Shown: positions 20,861-31,100, counted from the stretch's first letter. The stretch is DNA of 64,000 nt from Candidatus Limnocylindrales bacterium (GCA_038319665.1 JBBQDL010000006.1:2967-66966); one strand, 5' to 3'. Translations and numbers: made by a program. Notes: generated by a model from the letters alone, not told the origin.

Positions 20861-21700
20861 TCAGGCCCAGCGATCGAGGGGCGCGAGGAACTCGACGATC
20901 GCCGCGGCCAGCCGCGCGGGCTGTTCCATACCGATCATGTGCGCGACATCGGGCCAAACGACCGAGTGCGCATTCGGCGCGGCCGCCTCGATCCGATCCC
21001 CCGTCTGGACGACCTCACTGAAGTCGAGGGCCCCGGCAACGAAAAGGACCGGGCATCGCAGCTCGCCGAGCCGCCCGTTCGCCGGTGGCTCGAGCGGCCG
21101 CCCTCGTGCCGGGACGCGACCGGGGGCGTTCAGCGGCCCGGCCATGGCTTTGAATGCCTCGCGGAGGGCCGGGGCGGCGCGCCCGGCCGGCTGGCCGGGT
21201 CCATCGAGCCACACGTTCGCCTCGAAATCGGTCAGGGCGTCGGCGTCGTATGGCTTGGCGCCGTCGACGCGCTCGTAGGCCTCGAAGATCCGCGTCTCGT
21301 CGTTGGTCGGCGTGGCCTCGAAGCCGCCGAGTCCAGCCGCGACGCCGACGACGGCCGCCACGCGGTCGGGTGACTCGATCGCCGTGTCGATGGCGGCCAT
21401 CCCGCCCATCGAGTTGCCGACGAGCGCCGCGCGCCCGAGCCCGAGGGCATCAAGCACGGCGAGGAGGTCCGCCCGATGCGAGAACTCGATCTCCTCGGTG
21501 GTGGATTCGCCGACGCCGCGGCTGTCGAACCGGATGACGCGATAACCGGCGGCCACGAGCGGGTGGACCATCGCATCCCATGAGCGCAGATCGGCGACAC
21601 CGGCATGGAGCAGGACGATCGGCGGGCCTGCGCCGTCGTCGACGACGTGAAGTCGCCCGCCCGGAACCTCGATGTGGTCGGTCGACATGCGGACGGTCAC
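20861..21700 (-). CDS. Alpha/beta hydrolase
   Basis: LLHAG, GNSMGG nucleophile elbow, VAHM. Confidence 0.9.
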   Translation of the reverse strand: MTVRMSTDHIEVPGGRLHVVDDGAGPPIVLLHAGVADLRSWDAMVHPLVAAGYRVIRFDSRGVGESTTEEIEFSHRADLLAVLDALGLGRAALVGNSMGGMAAIDTAIESPDRVAAVVGVAAGLGGFEATPTNDETRIFEAYERVDGAKPYDADALTDFEANVWLDGPGQPAGRAAPALREAFKAMAGPLNAPGRVPARGRPLEPPANGRLGELRCPVLFVAGALDFSEVVQTGDRIEAAAPNAHSVVWPDVAHMIGMEQPARLAAAIVEFLAPLDRWA

Positions 21701-21701
21701 G

Positions 21702-22019
21702 TCAGCCGTCGCGGGCGATGGGCTCCAGGTCGATCGTCCTGACCTGGCGCGTCCGACCCGCCTCGGTCCGCACGAGCGCGGCCGGAATGACCCCGGATGT
21801 CAGCTTCTCGATCACCGCGGACTCGCCGGCGTACAGGCCGCCACCCGCGATCCTCACCCGATCACCCACCGACAATCCCGCTCTGCCGCTGCCGGCATTG
21901 AGGTCGATCGTCGCCACCGTTGGGCGAACATATGGCTCGGGCCCCGCTCCCGCGCGCTGGGCCGGTTTCGTGTCGGTCCGGGCTGGTGGGTAGACGGTCT
22001 TCCGCTTGCGTGTCGCCAC
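21702..22019 (-). CDS. Hypothetical protein with KOW/SH3-like C-terminus
   Basis: AAGGAGG RBS; LSVGDRVRIAGGGLYAGESAVI resembles a KOW motif. Confidence 0.7.
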   Translation of the reverse strand: MATRKRKTVYPPARTDTKPAQRAGAGPEPYVRPTVATIDLNAGSGRAGLSVGDRVRIAGGGLYAGESAVIEKLTSGVIPAALVRTEAGRTRQVRTIDLEPIARDG

Positions 22020-22125
22020 AGTGGCTGTGTCCCTCCTTGAGCCGCGACCTCGGACGCGCGGCGCGAGGCGATGCTACATCGGAGCGTCAACGTCGTGGGC
22101 GAGGGCGGTCCCGTATCGTTGCGCG

Positions 22126-22422
22126 ATGGCAGGACCGGACGACTTCAACGACCCGGGCCCGGAGGAGCCCTTGCGCCCGCATCGGGGCCGGTGGCTCCTG
22201 CAGGTCGCGATCGTCGTCGCGCTGATCATCTCGATGGTCTTCCTGGCTTTCGTGTCGGGCCGCGGCGTGGTCACCGTCCGACCCGACACCGTTCCGGACC
22301 CGACGGTCCCGGCCGCGCCCACGACCCTGCCCACGAGCGGGACGGCGACGACGACCACGGCGTCCGGACCGGGGCAGCTGCTCGCCATCGGTCCCGACGC
22401 CCACCTCGGGCGCTGGACGTGA
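22126..22422 (+). CDS. Small single-pass membrane protein
   Basis: TM segment WLLQVAIVVALIISMVFLAFV; TATCGT 6 nt before ATG. Confidence 0.65.
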   Translation: MAGPDDFNDPGPEEPLRPHRGRWLLQVAIVVALIISMVFLAFVSGRGVVTVRPDTVPDPTVPAAPTTLPTSGTATTTTASGPGQLLAIGPDAHLGRWT

Positions 22423-23123
22423 GCGCGTACCGTAGCGGGATGCTTCAGGCCGTCGTCCGATTGCCTCTCCCGGCGGCCGTGCTGTTCGACCTCGATGGGA
22501 CGCTCATCGACACCGTCGAGACGCGCATCGCCGCCTGGCTCGAGGCCCTCGGCGACGCGGGCTTCCCGACCACTCGCGAGCGGCTTGCGCCCTTGATCGG
22601 TCTGGACGGCCGGCGCCTCGCGCGTGAGATCGCGGCATTGGCCGGCGAGACGATCGACGACCGGCGTGCCGAGGAGATCGATCGACGCTCCGGCGAAGTC
22701 TACCAGCGGCTGAATCACGCGCCGAGTCCGCTCCCGGGCGTCCGCGAGCTCATCGATGCGATCGAGGCGCGGCATGTTCGCTGGGCGATCGCGACGTCGA
22801 GCCGTACGTCCCAGGTGGCGACGTCGGTGGCGGCCCTCGGGCTCGATGGCGCCCCGACGATCGTCGACGCGAGCCACGTCGAGCACGCCAAGCCGGAGCC
22901 GGATCTCCTGCTCCTAGCCGCCCGGCAGCTGGACGTCCCGCCGGCTCGATGCTGGTATATCGGCGATTCGACCTGGGACATGGTCTCGGCGGTGGCGGCG
23001 GGGATGATCCCGATCGGCGTGACGGCCGGCGCGGCCGTCGACGAAGCGACGCTTGTAGGTGCCGGGGCCGCCGCCGTCGTCAGGAGCCTGCTGGACGTCG
23101 CCGAGGCGCTTGCCGCGCGCTGA
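22419..23123 (+). CDS. HAD family hydrolase
   Basis: FDLDGTLID, ATSS, KPEPD, IGDSTWD; start is GTG 22419 or ATG 22440. Confidence 0.9.
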   Translation: MSAYRSGMLQAVVRLPLPAAVLFDLDGTLIDTVETRIAAWLEALGDAGFPTTRERLAPLIGLDGRRLAREIAALAGETIDDRRAEEIDRRSGEVYQRLNHAPSPLPGVRELIDAIEARHVRWAIATSSRTSQVATSVAALGLDGAPTIVDASHVEHAKPEPDLLLLAARQLDVPPARCWYIGDSTWDMVSAVAAGMIPIGVTAGAAVDEATLVGAGAAAVVRSLLDVAEALAAR

Positions 23124-23150
23124 CGGTCTGGACGATCGGGCCGAGCTGCC

Positions 23151-24674
23151 TCACCCGCCCGGTTCGACCCAGCCTAGGGTCCGCTGGACGCCCTTCTGCC
23201 AGCGCGCGAGCCCTGCGGACCGTGTGACCTCGTTCATCGAGGGATCCCAGCGTCGCCCCGGCCGGTCCATCGCCCGGAGCTCGTCAAGCCCGTTCCAGAA
23301 CCCGACCGCCAGCCCGGCCGCGTACGCCGCGCCCAGCGCGGTCGTTTCGGTCATGCGCGGCACCACGACCGGCCGGCCGAGGATGTCGGCTTGGAACTGC
23401 ATGAGCAGGTCGTTGCGGACCATCCCGCCGTCCACGCGCAGCTCGGCGGGGAGTGCCTCGCCGAGGTCGGCGGCCATGGCCACACCCACGTCGTAGACCT
23501 GGTACGCCGTGGCCTCGAGCGCCGCCCGAGCGATATGTCCGCGCGATGCGTAGCGCGTCAGGCCGGCGATGATGCCGCGGGCGTCGCTGCGCCAATGGGG
23601 CGCGAAGAGCCCGGAGAAGGCCGGCACGATGACCACGTCACCGCTGTCCGGCACCGAACGGGCGAGCGCTTCGACCTCGGACGCGTCGTCGATGATGCCG
23701 AGGTTGTCGCGGAGCCAGCTGACGAGCGCCCCGGCCACTGCGACCGAGCCCTCGAGCGCATACGTCGCCGGATCCTCACCGAGGCGGGCCGCCACGGTCG
23801 TGATCAGGCCGTTCATGGACCGGACCGGCCGTCGACCGGTGTGCATCAGCATGAAGCAACCCGTGCCGTAGGTGCACTTCAGCTGGCCGGGCTCGAAACA
23901 GGTCTGGCCGAAGAGGGCGGCCTGCTGGTCGCCCAGGTCGCCCGAGATCGGGACGCCGGCCAGGTCGCCCGTGCCGAGGCCATACACCTCCGATGACGAC
24001 CGGATCTGCGGCAGCATCGCCGCCGGGACCCCGACGGCATCGCGCAGGCTCGGTTCCCAGGCGAGCGACTCGAGACCCATCAACATCGTCCGCGACGCGT
24101 TGGTGACATCCGTGACATGGACGCCGCCATCGACGCCGCCGGTCAGGTGCCAGATCAGCCACGAATCGATCGTCCCGAAGAGCAGGTCGCCAGCCTCGGC
24201 GGCCGCCCGTCGCTCGCGCCCACCCGCCTCCAGGATCCAGGCGAGCTTGAGGGCCGAGGAGTAGGTCGAGATCGGCAGGCCGGTGAGCGCGCGGAAGCGG
24301 TCCATCCCGAGGTCGCTTCCGGCGGCCAGCCGCTCGCACGCCTCAGCGGTCCGGGTGTCCTGCCAGACGATCGCGTGCTCCACCGGACGGCCGGTCCGGC
24401 GCGACCAGACGACCGTCGTCTCGCGCTGGTTCGTGACGCCGACCGCGGCAAGGACCCCCGCGTCCGCGCACGACTCCCGCAGGGCGACCCGGACGCAGGT
24501 CCGCACCCGTTCGAGGATCTCGTCCGCGTCGTGTTCGATCCAGCCGGGGCGCAGCGTGATCTGGGCGTGCTCGAGCTGGTGGCCGGCGACCACGTTCCCG
24601 GACCGATCGATCAGAAGGCAGCGGCTGCTCGTCGTCCCCTGGTCGATAGCGGCGACGAGCGACCGCGGCTTCAT
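23151..24674 (-). CDS. glpK: Glycerol kinase
   Basis: [51 protein letters not shown]. Confidence 0.96.
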   Translation of the reverse strand: MKPRSLVAAIDQGTTSSRCLLIDRSGNVVAGHQLEHAQITLRPGWIEHDADEILERVRTCVRVALRESCADAGVLAAVGVTNQRETTVVWSRRTGRPVEHAIVWQDTRTAEACERLAAGSDLGMDRFRALTGLPISTYSSALKLAWILEAGGRERRAAAEAGDLLFGTIDSWLIWHLTGGVDGGVHVTDVTNASRTMLMGLESLAWEPSLRDAVGVPAAMLPQIRSSSEVYGLGTGDLAGVPISGDLGDQQAALFGQTCFEPGQLKCTYGTGCFMLMHTGRRPVRSMNGLITTVAARLGEDPATYALEGSVAVAGALVSWLRDNLGIIDDASEVEALARSVPDSGDVVIVPAFSGLFAPHWRSDARGIIAGLTRYASRGHIARAALEATAYQVYDVGVAMAADLGEALPAELRVDGGMVRNDLLMQFQADILGRPVVVPRMTETTALGAAYAAGLAVGFWNGLDELRAMDRPGRRWDPSMNEVTRSAGLARWQKGVQRTLGWVEPGG

Positions 24675-24688
24675 GACTGGAGGCTAGC

Positions 24689-25981
24689 TCAAGCGCGCTT
24701 CACGGAGTGGCCCTGTACGTCCCGACTGCGCAACAGGTTCGCGCTCGCGAAATGCATCTGCTTGCGGCTCTGCTCGGGCATCGGGGCGGAGAAGGTGGCC
24801 TGCTCGCGGATCAGCGAATCGACGAGCGCGGCCGTCTCGGGGTCGGCACCGGCGTACCCGCGGATCCGCTCGGCCGTCCCCTCGAGGACGCGTCGGGCAC
24901 CCACGAAGTCGCCGTCGCGGTTGCGCCGGACCGCCTCCTGGCGAGCCCGTGCGGCGAACAGCCGGGCGACGGCCCGATCCACCTCGCGCTCGCGCGGCTG
25001 ATCGTCATTCGACCGCTGATCGGCGTAGGTCCAGGCCAGCCGGACCGGGTCGGTCTCGCCCGCGCCGTTTGCGGCGAAGCCACCGTTGGCGTCGGTCAGC
25101 GCCACGATCGCGCCTGTCTCACGACCGATATCGCCGTAGGGGAACGAGAGGCGGAGGACCACCTCGAGCGCCTGTTCCGACCCGAGATCGCCCAGGGCGA
25201 TCGTGGTGCGGTTCCCGTGGGCCGTCGCGCGATACGGACTGATCGGCTCGATCCGGATGTCGTCCCGGGCCGTCACCTCGAGGGTGACGTCGCGGGCCAC
25301 GACCTCGAGCGTCTCCCCCACCTCGGACGTGATCGCGTCGCGGATCTGCGGTGCGTCGGCGATGTAGTAGAAGTGGCCGCCGCCCGCATCGGCAAGGTCC
25401 TGCAGGAGGCGCTCGTCGAAGTCGTTGCCGAGCCCGAACGTGGAGGTCGTCACGCCGCGCGCCCGAAGCTCGGCCGCGTGAGCCGCAAGTTGATCGGGAT
25501 CCGTGATGCCGACGTTGGCGAGGCCGTCCGTCAGCAGCAGGCAGCGATTGACCCCGCGCTCGACGAGTCGGTTCGCGACCTGTTCGCAGCCGCGCAGCCA
25601 GCCTTCGCCGAGGTTGGTGGTACCGCGCGCCTCGATCTCGCGCAACCGCTCGACGGCGGCGCGTCGCGACTCGCCCGATGCCGTCGCCGAACCGATGACG
25701 ATGTCGACCTTGTCGTCGTAGACCACGACACTGAAGCGATCGTCGGGCTGGAGTCGCGAGATCGCTTCCTCGACCGCGGCCTTGGCGACTCGCAACTTTT
25801 CGCCGGACATCGAGCCCGATCGGTCGAGGACGATGGCGAGGTTGACCGGCGGGCGGGACCGCTCCACGGTCGCCCGCGGTGCCACGATCCGGGCCAGCAG
25901 GAACCGCTGGCTGTGGGCGTTGGGGCGGATCAGGCGCCGGTCCTGGTGGACGGTGAGGGTCGGTTCGGTTCGCGTCGTCAT
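24689..25981 (-). CDS. VWA domain protein
   Basis: MIDAS DRSGS, TNL, LTDGLAN; ATGA overlap with the upstream regulator. Confidence 0.9.
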   Translation of the reverse strand: MTTRTEPTLTVHQDRRLIRPNAHSQRFLLARIVAPRATVERSRPPVNLAIVLDRSGSMSGEKLRVAKAAVEEAISRLQPDDRFSVVVYDDKVDIVIGSATASGESRRAAVERLREIEARGTTNLGEGWLRGCEQVANRLVERGVNRCLLLTDGLANVGITDPDQLAAHAAELRARGVTTSTFGLGNDFDERLLQDLADAGGGHFYYIADAPQIRDAITSEVGETLEVVARDVTLEVTARDDIRIEPISPYRATAHGNRTTIALGDLGSEQALEVVLRLSFPYGDIGRETGAIVALTDANGGFAANGAGETDPVRLAWTYADQRSNDDQPREREVDRAVARLFAARARQEAVRRNRDGDFVGARRVLEGTAERIRGYAGADPETAALVDSLIREQATFSAPMPEQSRKQMHFASANLLRSRDVQGHSVKRA

Positions 25982-26586
25982 GGTCGGTCCTCCTCGAGGA
26001 GCTCTCGGGCGATCGTCACGAGGCGATCGACCTGCTTGTTCTGCGACCGCGAGAGCGGACGCCGGATATGGAGTTCGATGTCGGGCGCGAGGGCGATGCG
26101 TTCCCACTGGGAGCGTTCGAGCGGTGGGGAGGTGGCCTCGGCCGGGTCCGGCGCGGACGCTGTGCCTGACGATCCGCCGGAGGGTTCAGCGACGCGATCC
26201 GGGGCCTGGGCCGGTGCCGGTGCCACGGTCCGCAGGAGTCGCGCCGTCCCCGGCAGCCTGCCCGGTGCGTCACCGAGCACGGTCCGCAGGTAGTCGAGCG
26301 CGGACCCGGTCGGTGGCGCGGGATCCCGGCTCCCCGCCAGGTCGCGGATCTCATCCTCTGCGAGGTCATCGAGCCGGCGCCGGATCTCGGCCAAGGGCAG
26401 GTGTTCTCCCTGGAGCCTCCGGATCAGCCGCAGGCGGGCGAGATGCCCTGGGTCGTACTTGCTCCCGGGCCCGCTCTGACCGACCGCCGGCAGCAACCCC
26501 TGCGCCAGGTAATAGCGCACAGTCCGCGGCGTGACGCCGGCCAGGTCGGCCAATTCCGTGAGCGAGTAGCGATCGTCATCGGGCAT
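25978..26586 (-). CDS. MerR-type HTH regulator
   Basis: YSLTELADLAGVTPRTVRYYLAQGLL; C-terminal WERIALAPDIELHIR. Confidence 0.88.
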   Translation of the reverse strand: MPDDDRYSLTELADLAGVTPRTVRYYLAQGLLPAVGQSGPGSKYDPGHLARLRLIRRLQGEHLPLAEIRRRLDDLAEDEIRDLAGSRDPAPPTGSALDYLRTVLGDAPGRLPGTARLLRTVAPAPAQAPDRVAEPSGGSSGTASAPDPAEATSPPLERSQWERIALAPDIELHIRRPLSRSQNKQVDRLVTIARELLEEDRP

Positions 26587-26592
26587 GGGCTC

Positions 26593-26627
26593 ATATTGCC
26601 ACTCGCACGTCACACTGTCAATACAGT
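26593..26627 (-). promoter_or_regulatory. Sigma70-type promoter TTGACA-N17-CAATAT with ACTGT-CAAT-ACAGT palindrome over the -35
   Basis: -35 at 26621-26616, -10 at 26598-26593, ATG 6 nt downstream; palindrome 26614-26627. Confidence 0.7.
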
Positions 26628-26662
26628 CATGCCGCGCCGCCGCGGCGGGTCCTACGCGAGAA

Positions 26663-26773
26663 ATCGCGCTGGTTGATGAACGCGCTCACTTGCGTGCCTG
26701 GCCACACCCGAGACCCGCCGTTTCGGGGTCGTGGCCAAGCGCGCAGCGGTCGATTCTCATCAATGAGCGCGAT
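26663..26773. repeat. Long imperfect hairpin, dispersed repeat copy A
   Basis: ATCGCGCT/AGCGCGAT, GTTGATGA/TCATCAAT, TGCGTGC/GCGCGCA, TGGCCAC/GTGGCCA, CCCGAGA/TTTCGGG; arms resemble 58238-58358. Confidence 0.75.
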
Positions 26774-26816
26774 GGAGCTCCAGGGCCAGCCCAGCGCCAT
26801 CGAACAAGCACGCTGC

Positions 26817-26834
26817 CTCCACATCCGCTCCATA
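26817..26834 (+). promoter_or_regulatory. Direct repeat CTCCA(C/T)A with 11-bp period, putative OmpR-family site
   Basis: CTCCACA 26817 and CTCCATA 26828 upstream of a gene adjacent to an OmpR-type two-component pair. Confidence 0.45.
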
Positions 26835-26908
26835 ACCAGTGTCCAGGATGCAGGGAAGAAACGGGATCCGCGCTGGATCCCTCGGGCACACCACAAGGAG
26901 TCAGCACC

Positions 26909-27409
26909 ATGCCCCGCATCCTTGCCGCCATCGTCCTCGTCGCGGTCCTCGCGCTCGGCGGCGGCCTCATCGCCAGCACGGCCTACCAGGCCGGTCTCAG
27001 CACGGCGGTCACCACCGCCACCGGCAGCGGGGCCGCCGTCGCCCCGGTCGTCGTCCCCGCGTACGGCTACGGGTATGGCTACGGCCTGCACCCGTTCGGG
27101 TTCGGCTTCGGGATCTTCGGGTTCCTCGGCACCCTGTTCTTCCTGTTCATCCTGTTCGCCCTGATCCGGGCCATCTTCTGGCGCGGCGGCCACGGTCGAC
27201 GTGGCGGCTGGGGCGGTCCCGGCTGGGGCGGTCCCGGCGGTCCGGGCGGCCCGGGCGGTCCGGGCGGGTCCGGCCACGGCCAGTCCCATTGGGAGACCAG
27301 GGCCAACGAGACCTTCGAGGACTGGCACCGCCGAGCGCACGCCGCCGGTGACGCTGGCTCCGCCCCGGGAATGCCTCCCGTCCCGACCACCCCACCCGAC
27401 TCGGCCTGA
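26909..27409 (+). CDS. Gly-rich membrane hypothetical protein
   Basis: AAGGAG RBS, two hydrophobic segments, GGP repeats, C-terminal FEDWHRRAH. Confidence 0.78.
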   Translation: MPRILAAIVLVAVLALGGGLIASTAYQAGLSTAVTTATGSGAAVAPVVVPAYGYGYGYGLHPFGFGFGIFGFLGTLFFLFILFALIRAIFWRGGHGRRGGWGGPGWGGPGGPGGPGGPGGSGHGQSHWETRANETFEDWHRRAHAAGDAGSAPGMPPVPTTPPDSA

Positions 27410-27487
27410 CCGCCCGGCCCTTCCCCCGCTTCCCGCGCCCCCGGACATCCTCTTCCGGGGGCGCTTCCCGCTCTACGATGCGAACCG

Positions 27488-28180
27488 ATGAAGACCATCC
27501 TCGTCGTCGATGACGAACCGAAGATCGCGACCCTCGCCCGCGACTACCTCGAGCATGCGGGCTTCGCCGTGCTCACGGCAGGCGACGGACCCTCGGCGCT
27601 CACCACGATCCGCCAGCGCCGGCCGGATCTCGTCATCCTGGACCTCGGCCTGCCGGGTCTCGATGGCCTCGACGTCACGCGCGAGCTCCGGCGCGATTCG
27701 ACCATCCCGATCGTGATGCTGACGGCGCGCGATGACGAGCTCGACAAGCTGCTCGGGCTCGAACTCGGGGCGGACGATTACCTGACCAAGCCGTTCAGCC
27801 CGCGCGAGCTCGTGGCGCGAGTCCGGGCGGTCCTGCGTCGGGCCGACCGTGCGCCCGAGACGGCCGAGACCATCCATGCCGGTGACGTCATGCTCGACCT
27901 GCCGCGGATGCGGGCCGAGGTGGCCGGCACGGCCGTCGATCTGACGCCGACCGAGTTCCAGCTCCTCGCGACGATCGCGGCCCGCCCCGGCCGGATCTTC
28001 ACCCGCGCCCAGTTGCTCGATGCCCTCCACGGTGTCGCATTCGAGTCCTATGAGCGGGCGATCGACTCGCACGTCAAGAACCTGCGCCGGAAGCTCGAGC
28101 CCGATCCGCGCCGGCCACGCTACGTCCTGACCGTCTACGGCGTAGGCTACCGCTTCGCCGACGACCGGGCGACCGACTGA
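27488..28180 (+). CDS. OmpR family response regulator
   Basis: VDDEP, LDLGLP, GADDYLTKPF, TVYGVGY. Confidence 0.95.
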   Translation: MKTILVVDDEPKIATLARDYLEHAGFAVLTAGDGPSALTTIRQRRPDLVILDLGLPGLDGLDVTRELRRDSTIPIVMLTARDDELDKLLGLELGADDYLTKPFSPRELVARVRAVLRRADRAPETAETIHAGDVMLDLPRMRAEVAGTAVDLTPTEFQLLATIAARPGRIFTRAQLLDALHGVAFESYERAIDSHVKNLRRKLEPDPRRPRYVLTVYGVGYRFADDRATD

Positions 28181-29343
28181 TGCCGGAGGGTGACGAGCGG
28201 CCAACCCCCGGCCACACCAGCAGTCGTCCTGCGCCGCCGTCGGAGACCTGGGATCCGGACGACTGGCGGATGGCGCGCAGTCAGTGGCGCCGGCGCCGGA
28301 TGGCGGAGGCCGGTCGTCGGGGCGCCATGGGCCCACCGTGGGCCGGTCGACGCGGCTTCGGTTGCGCCTTCGCATTCATCTTCGTCTTCGTCGTCGGCTC
28401 GCTCGTGGCGACGATGGCGGTCGTCGTCTCGCACCTGGGCGCCCTGCCTGGACTCCTCGTCCTGGCGGTCGTCATCGCGGTGGTCGTCGGGATGGGGCGG
28501 ACCCTCTTCCTGACCGCCCGGACGCTCGATGAACTCGTCGAGGCGACACGCAAGGTCAAGGCCGGCGACTACACGGTGCGGGTGGACGCCCCCGGGCGAT
28601 CGACCGGCGGTCTCCGGGCCGTCCGCCAGCTGACCGACGGGTTCGACACGATGATCGCTCGCCTCGAGGCGGACGAGAGCCAGCGCCGAACACTGCTGGC
28701 CGATATCAGTCACGAGCTCCGGACCCCGTTGACCGTCATGCAGGGCAATCTCGAGGCGATCCTCGACGACGTCTATCCGCCCGACCCGGCCCACCTCGGC
28801 CTCATCCTCGACGAGACCCGCGTGCTGGGCCGGCTCATCGACGATCTGCGGACGCTCGCGCTCTCGGAGGCCGGGACACTCGCCCTTCACCCTGAACCGA
28901 CCGATCCCGACGTCCTGATCGGGGAGGTGGTGCGCTCGTTCGAGCCTGCGGCGGCCGCGGCCGGCGTCGGGCTGACCGCCGAGATCGCGGGCGATCTCCC
29001 GATCCTCGAGATCGACCCCGTCCGGATCCGCGAGGTCCTAGCGAACCTCGTCGCCAACGCGCTGCGACACACGCCGGTCGGGGGCCGGGTGACCGTCGCC
29101 GGTGGCGTCGAGGACGGCCGCTGGGTCCGCCTCGAGGTCCGCGACACGGGCCGCGGGATCGACCCGGCGCTCCTGCCCCACGTGTTCGACCGATTCGTCA
29201 AGGGCAACGACTCGCGCGGCTCCGGGCTCGGCCTCGCGATCGCCCGGCAGCTCGTCGTGGCGCATGGCGGCGAGATCTCCGCCGAGTCCGACCCGGGCCA
29301 GGGAACGACGATCCGGGTCCGGCTCCCGCTTACGGGCGCGTGA
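28180..29343 (+). CDS. HAMP-domain sensor histidine kinase
   Basis: SHELRTPL, NLVANAL, DTGRGI, GSGLGL. Confidence 0.93.
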   Translation: MPEGDERPTPGHTSSRPAPPSETWDPDDWRMARSQWRRRRMAEAGRRGAMGPPWAGRRGFGCAFAFIFVFVVGSLVATMAVVVSHLGALPGLLVLAVVIAVVVGMGRTLFLTARTLDELVEATRKVKAGDYTVRVDAPGRSTGGLRAVRQLTDGFDTMIARLEADESQRRTLLADISHELRTPLTVMQGNLEAILDDVYPPDPAHLGLILDETRVLGRLIDDLRTLALSEAGTLALHPEPTDPDVLIGEVVRSFEPAAAAAGVGLTAEIAGDLPILEIDPVRIREVLANLVANALRHTPVGGRVTVAGGVEDGRWVRLEVRDTGRGIDPALLPHVFDRFVKGNDSRGSGLGLAIARQLVVAHGGEISAESDPGQGTTIRVRLPLTGA

Positions 29344-30943
29344 TCCGGACGTCGTCGACGGCCGCCTCGACCGTGCTGGCCCGACCGAGATCCGCGGCGG
29401 CGAAGACGATCCGGACCTTCTGGCCGGCCCAGCGTGCCATCGAGATCGACGCGGTCGACCAGGTCGGGAGGTCAGTCCTCGCGGAACCCAGCTCCTGCCG
29501 GACGAGCGTCCGACGCCCGAGCGCATCTTCGACATAGGCGCGGAAGTAGTCGGCAGTCGAGGAATTCGAGCTGTGGGCGAAGTAATAGCGGAAGGTCAGC
29601 GAGCCGACGGCGGGTGGCAGCGCGATGGTCGGCGATCGGACCGAGGTCACGCCGCCGTCGATGTCGTACGAGGAGGCCGTGGTGCCGGCCTGGACGCCAG
29701 TGACCAGGGCGTTGGACCCCGACGGCACGGTCCCCGCCTGTCGCGAGGTCGCGGCCGGGTTCCCGCGCTGCCAGCGGCCCGCGGTGGCGGTGTCCTTCCC
29801 AAGCGGGTTCACGATCCAGCCGCCGTACGTCTCGAAGTTGTCGTACAGGGGCCCGCAGTCCGCGGTCGCCGTCGCCCGGCCCATGAACGTGTACGGGCAG
29901 CTGGCCGCCTCGATGAGCGTCAGGATCGCGGACTTGTTGCGCTCGGTCTGGGGGTAGATGAGCTCGTCGGCCGGATAGAAGCCGGCATTGAAGCTGACCG
30001 AGCCGTCGTTTGGATAGAGCTCGAAGGTATACATGAAGATGTGCTCGTGGCCATAGGCCCAGTCGATCTCGTCACCGTCGGTGATGTACAGACTGCTGGA
30101 CTGCATCGCCGTGTAGCCGTTCGTCGAGGCCATCCTCTTGCCAAGCGCCGCGAGCGCGGCGTGGTCCTCGGCCGTCATGTCGCCCGGGACGTCGGTCATG
30201 GTGTAGCCGTATGGCCAAAGGATCTGCTGGCCGTACGTGTGGAACGTGATCGCCGTCCTGATCTGCTGACGTCCGCCGATCCGACGACTGGCCATGAAGT
30301 CGCGCATCGCCCGGGCCTCGGGCGTCGAGAACGCGCTCGACCCACGATAGGTCGACGAGGACTTCGACGCCGACGAGCCGCTGCAGCAGCCCCAGCGATA
30401 GCCGTAATTGCGGTTGATGTCGGTGCCGATCGCGGTCGTACCGGCGTTCGGCTGGCGGTTCTTCCGCCAGTGACGGTATGGGGAGCCGGTGAGGTCGTAT
30501 TCGGCGCCGTCGGGGTTGACCATGAAGACGATCCAGATCTCGCGCGTGTTCACGATGTTGGTGATCCGGGGATCCGTCCCGTAGCCCATGGTCAGCCAGC
30601 GCAGGAGCGCCAGATTCTGCTCGAGCGAAAGATGCTCGCGAGCGTGATGGACGGAGTCGAAGAGGACCTCGGGCTCGGCCTCGTCGATGTCGACGTTGTC
30701 CGACACCTTGGCCATCCACAGGTCCCGGCCCTGGTAGCTCTTGCCGATCGAGCGGATCGCGACGATGTCGGGATGGGCCGCCTGGGTGGCCATGATCTCG
30801 GCGACCATCTCGGCGTAGGTGTGGTAGCCGGAGTCGTAGCCCGGGAAGTCGGCGGCGGCGACCCGCGGCGCGGTGGTGGTCGAGAAGACGGCCGACGCGA
30901 CGATGGCGAGTCCGATCGCCAGGCCCGGGATGCGGTGCTGCAT
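29330..30943 (-). CDS. Secreted M14 zinc carboxypeptidase (carboxypeptidase T-like) with C-terminal beta domain
   Basis: HHARE, NPDG, WRKNR, DINRNY, FHTY, FEL; signal peptide from ATG 30943. Confidence 0.92.
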   Translation of the reverse strand: MQHRIPGLAIGLAIVASAVFSTTTAPRVAAADFPGYDSGYHTYAEMVAEIMATQAAHPDIVAIRSIGKSYQGRDLWMAKVSDNVDIDEAEPEVLFDSVHHAREHLSLEQNLALLRWLTMGYGTDPRITNIVNTREIWIVFMVNPDGAEYDLTGSPYRHWRKNRQPNAGTTAIGTDINRNYGYRWGCCSGSSASKSSSTYRGSSAFSTPEARAMRDFMASRRIGGRQQIRTAITFHTYGQQILWPYGYTMTDVPGDMTAEDHAALAALGKRMASTNGYTAMQSSSLYITDGDEIDWAYGHEHIFMYTFELYPNDGSVSFNAGFYPADELIYPQTERNKSAILTLIEAASCPYTFMGRATATADCGPLYDNFETYGGWIVNPLGKDTATAGRWQRGNPAATSRQAGTVPSGSNALVTGVQAGTTASSYDIDGGVTSVRSPTIALPPAVGSLTFRYYFAHSSNSSTADYFRAYVEDALGRRTLVRQELGSARTDLPTWSTASISMARWAGQKVRIVFAAADLGRASTVEAAVDDVRITRP

Positions 30944-31100
30944 GGCGGCACTATGGCCCTCTTCGTCGACCGCCGGGTATCCCGCGATGGGGCTAGGCGG
31001 GACCCGGACCGCGACCCGGCGGAACCGACCCGACGGTAGCGGAGTCTTGCGGACCGACAGGACCGGTCCATGCGGGCCGGCCATCCAGGGGAGATCGACG

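Noticed and set aside
27200-27275. Tandem GGCGGTCCG-like repeats
   Set aside because: In-frame Gly-Gly-Pro low-complexity coding; no spacers, not CRISPR.
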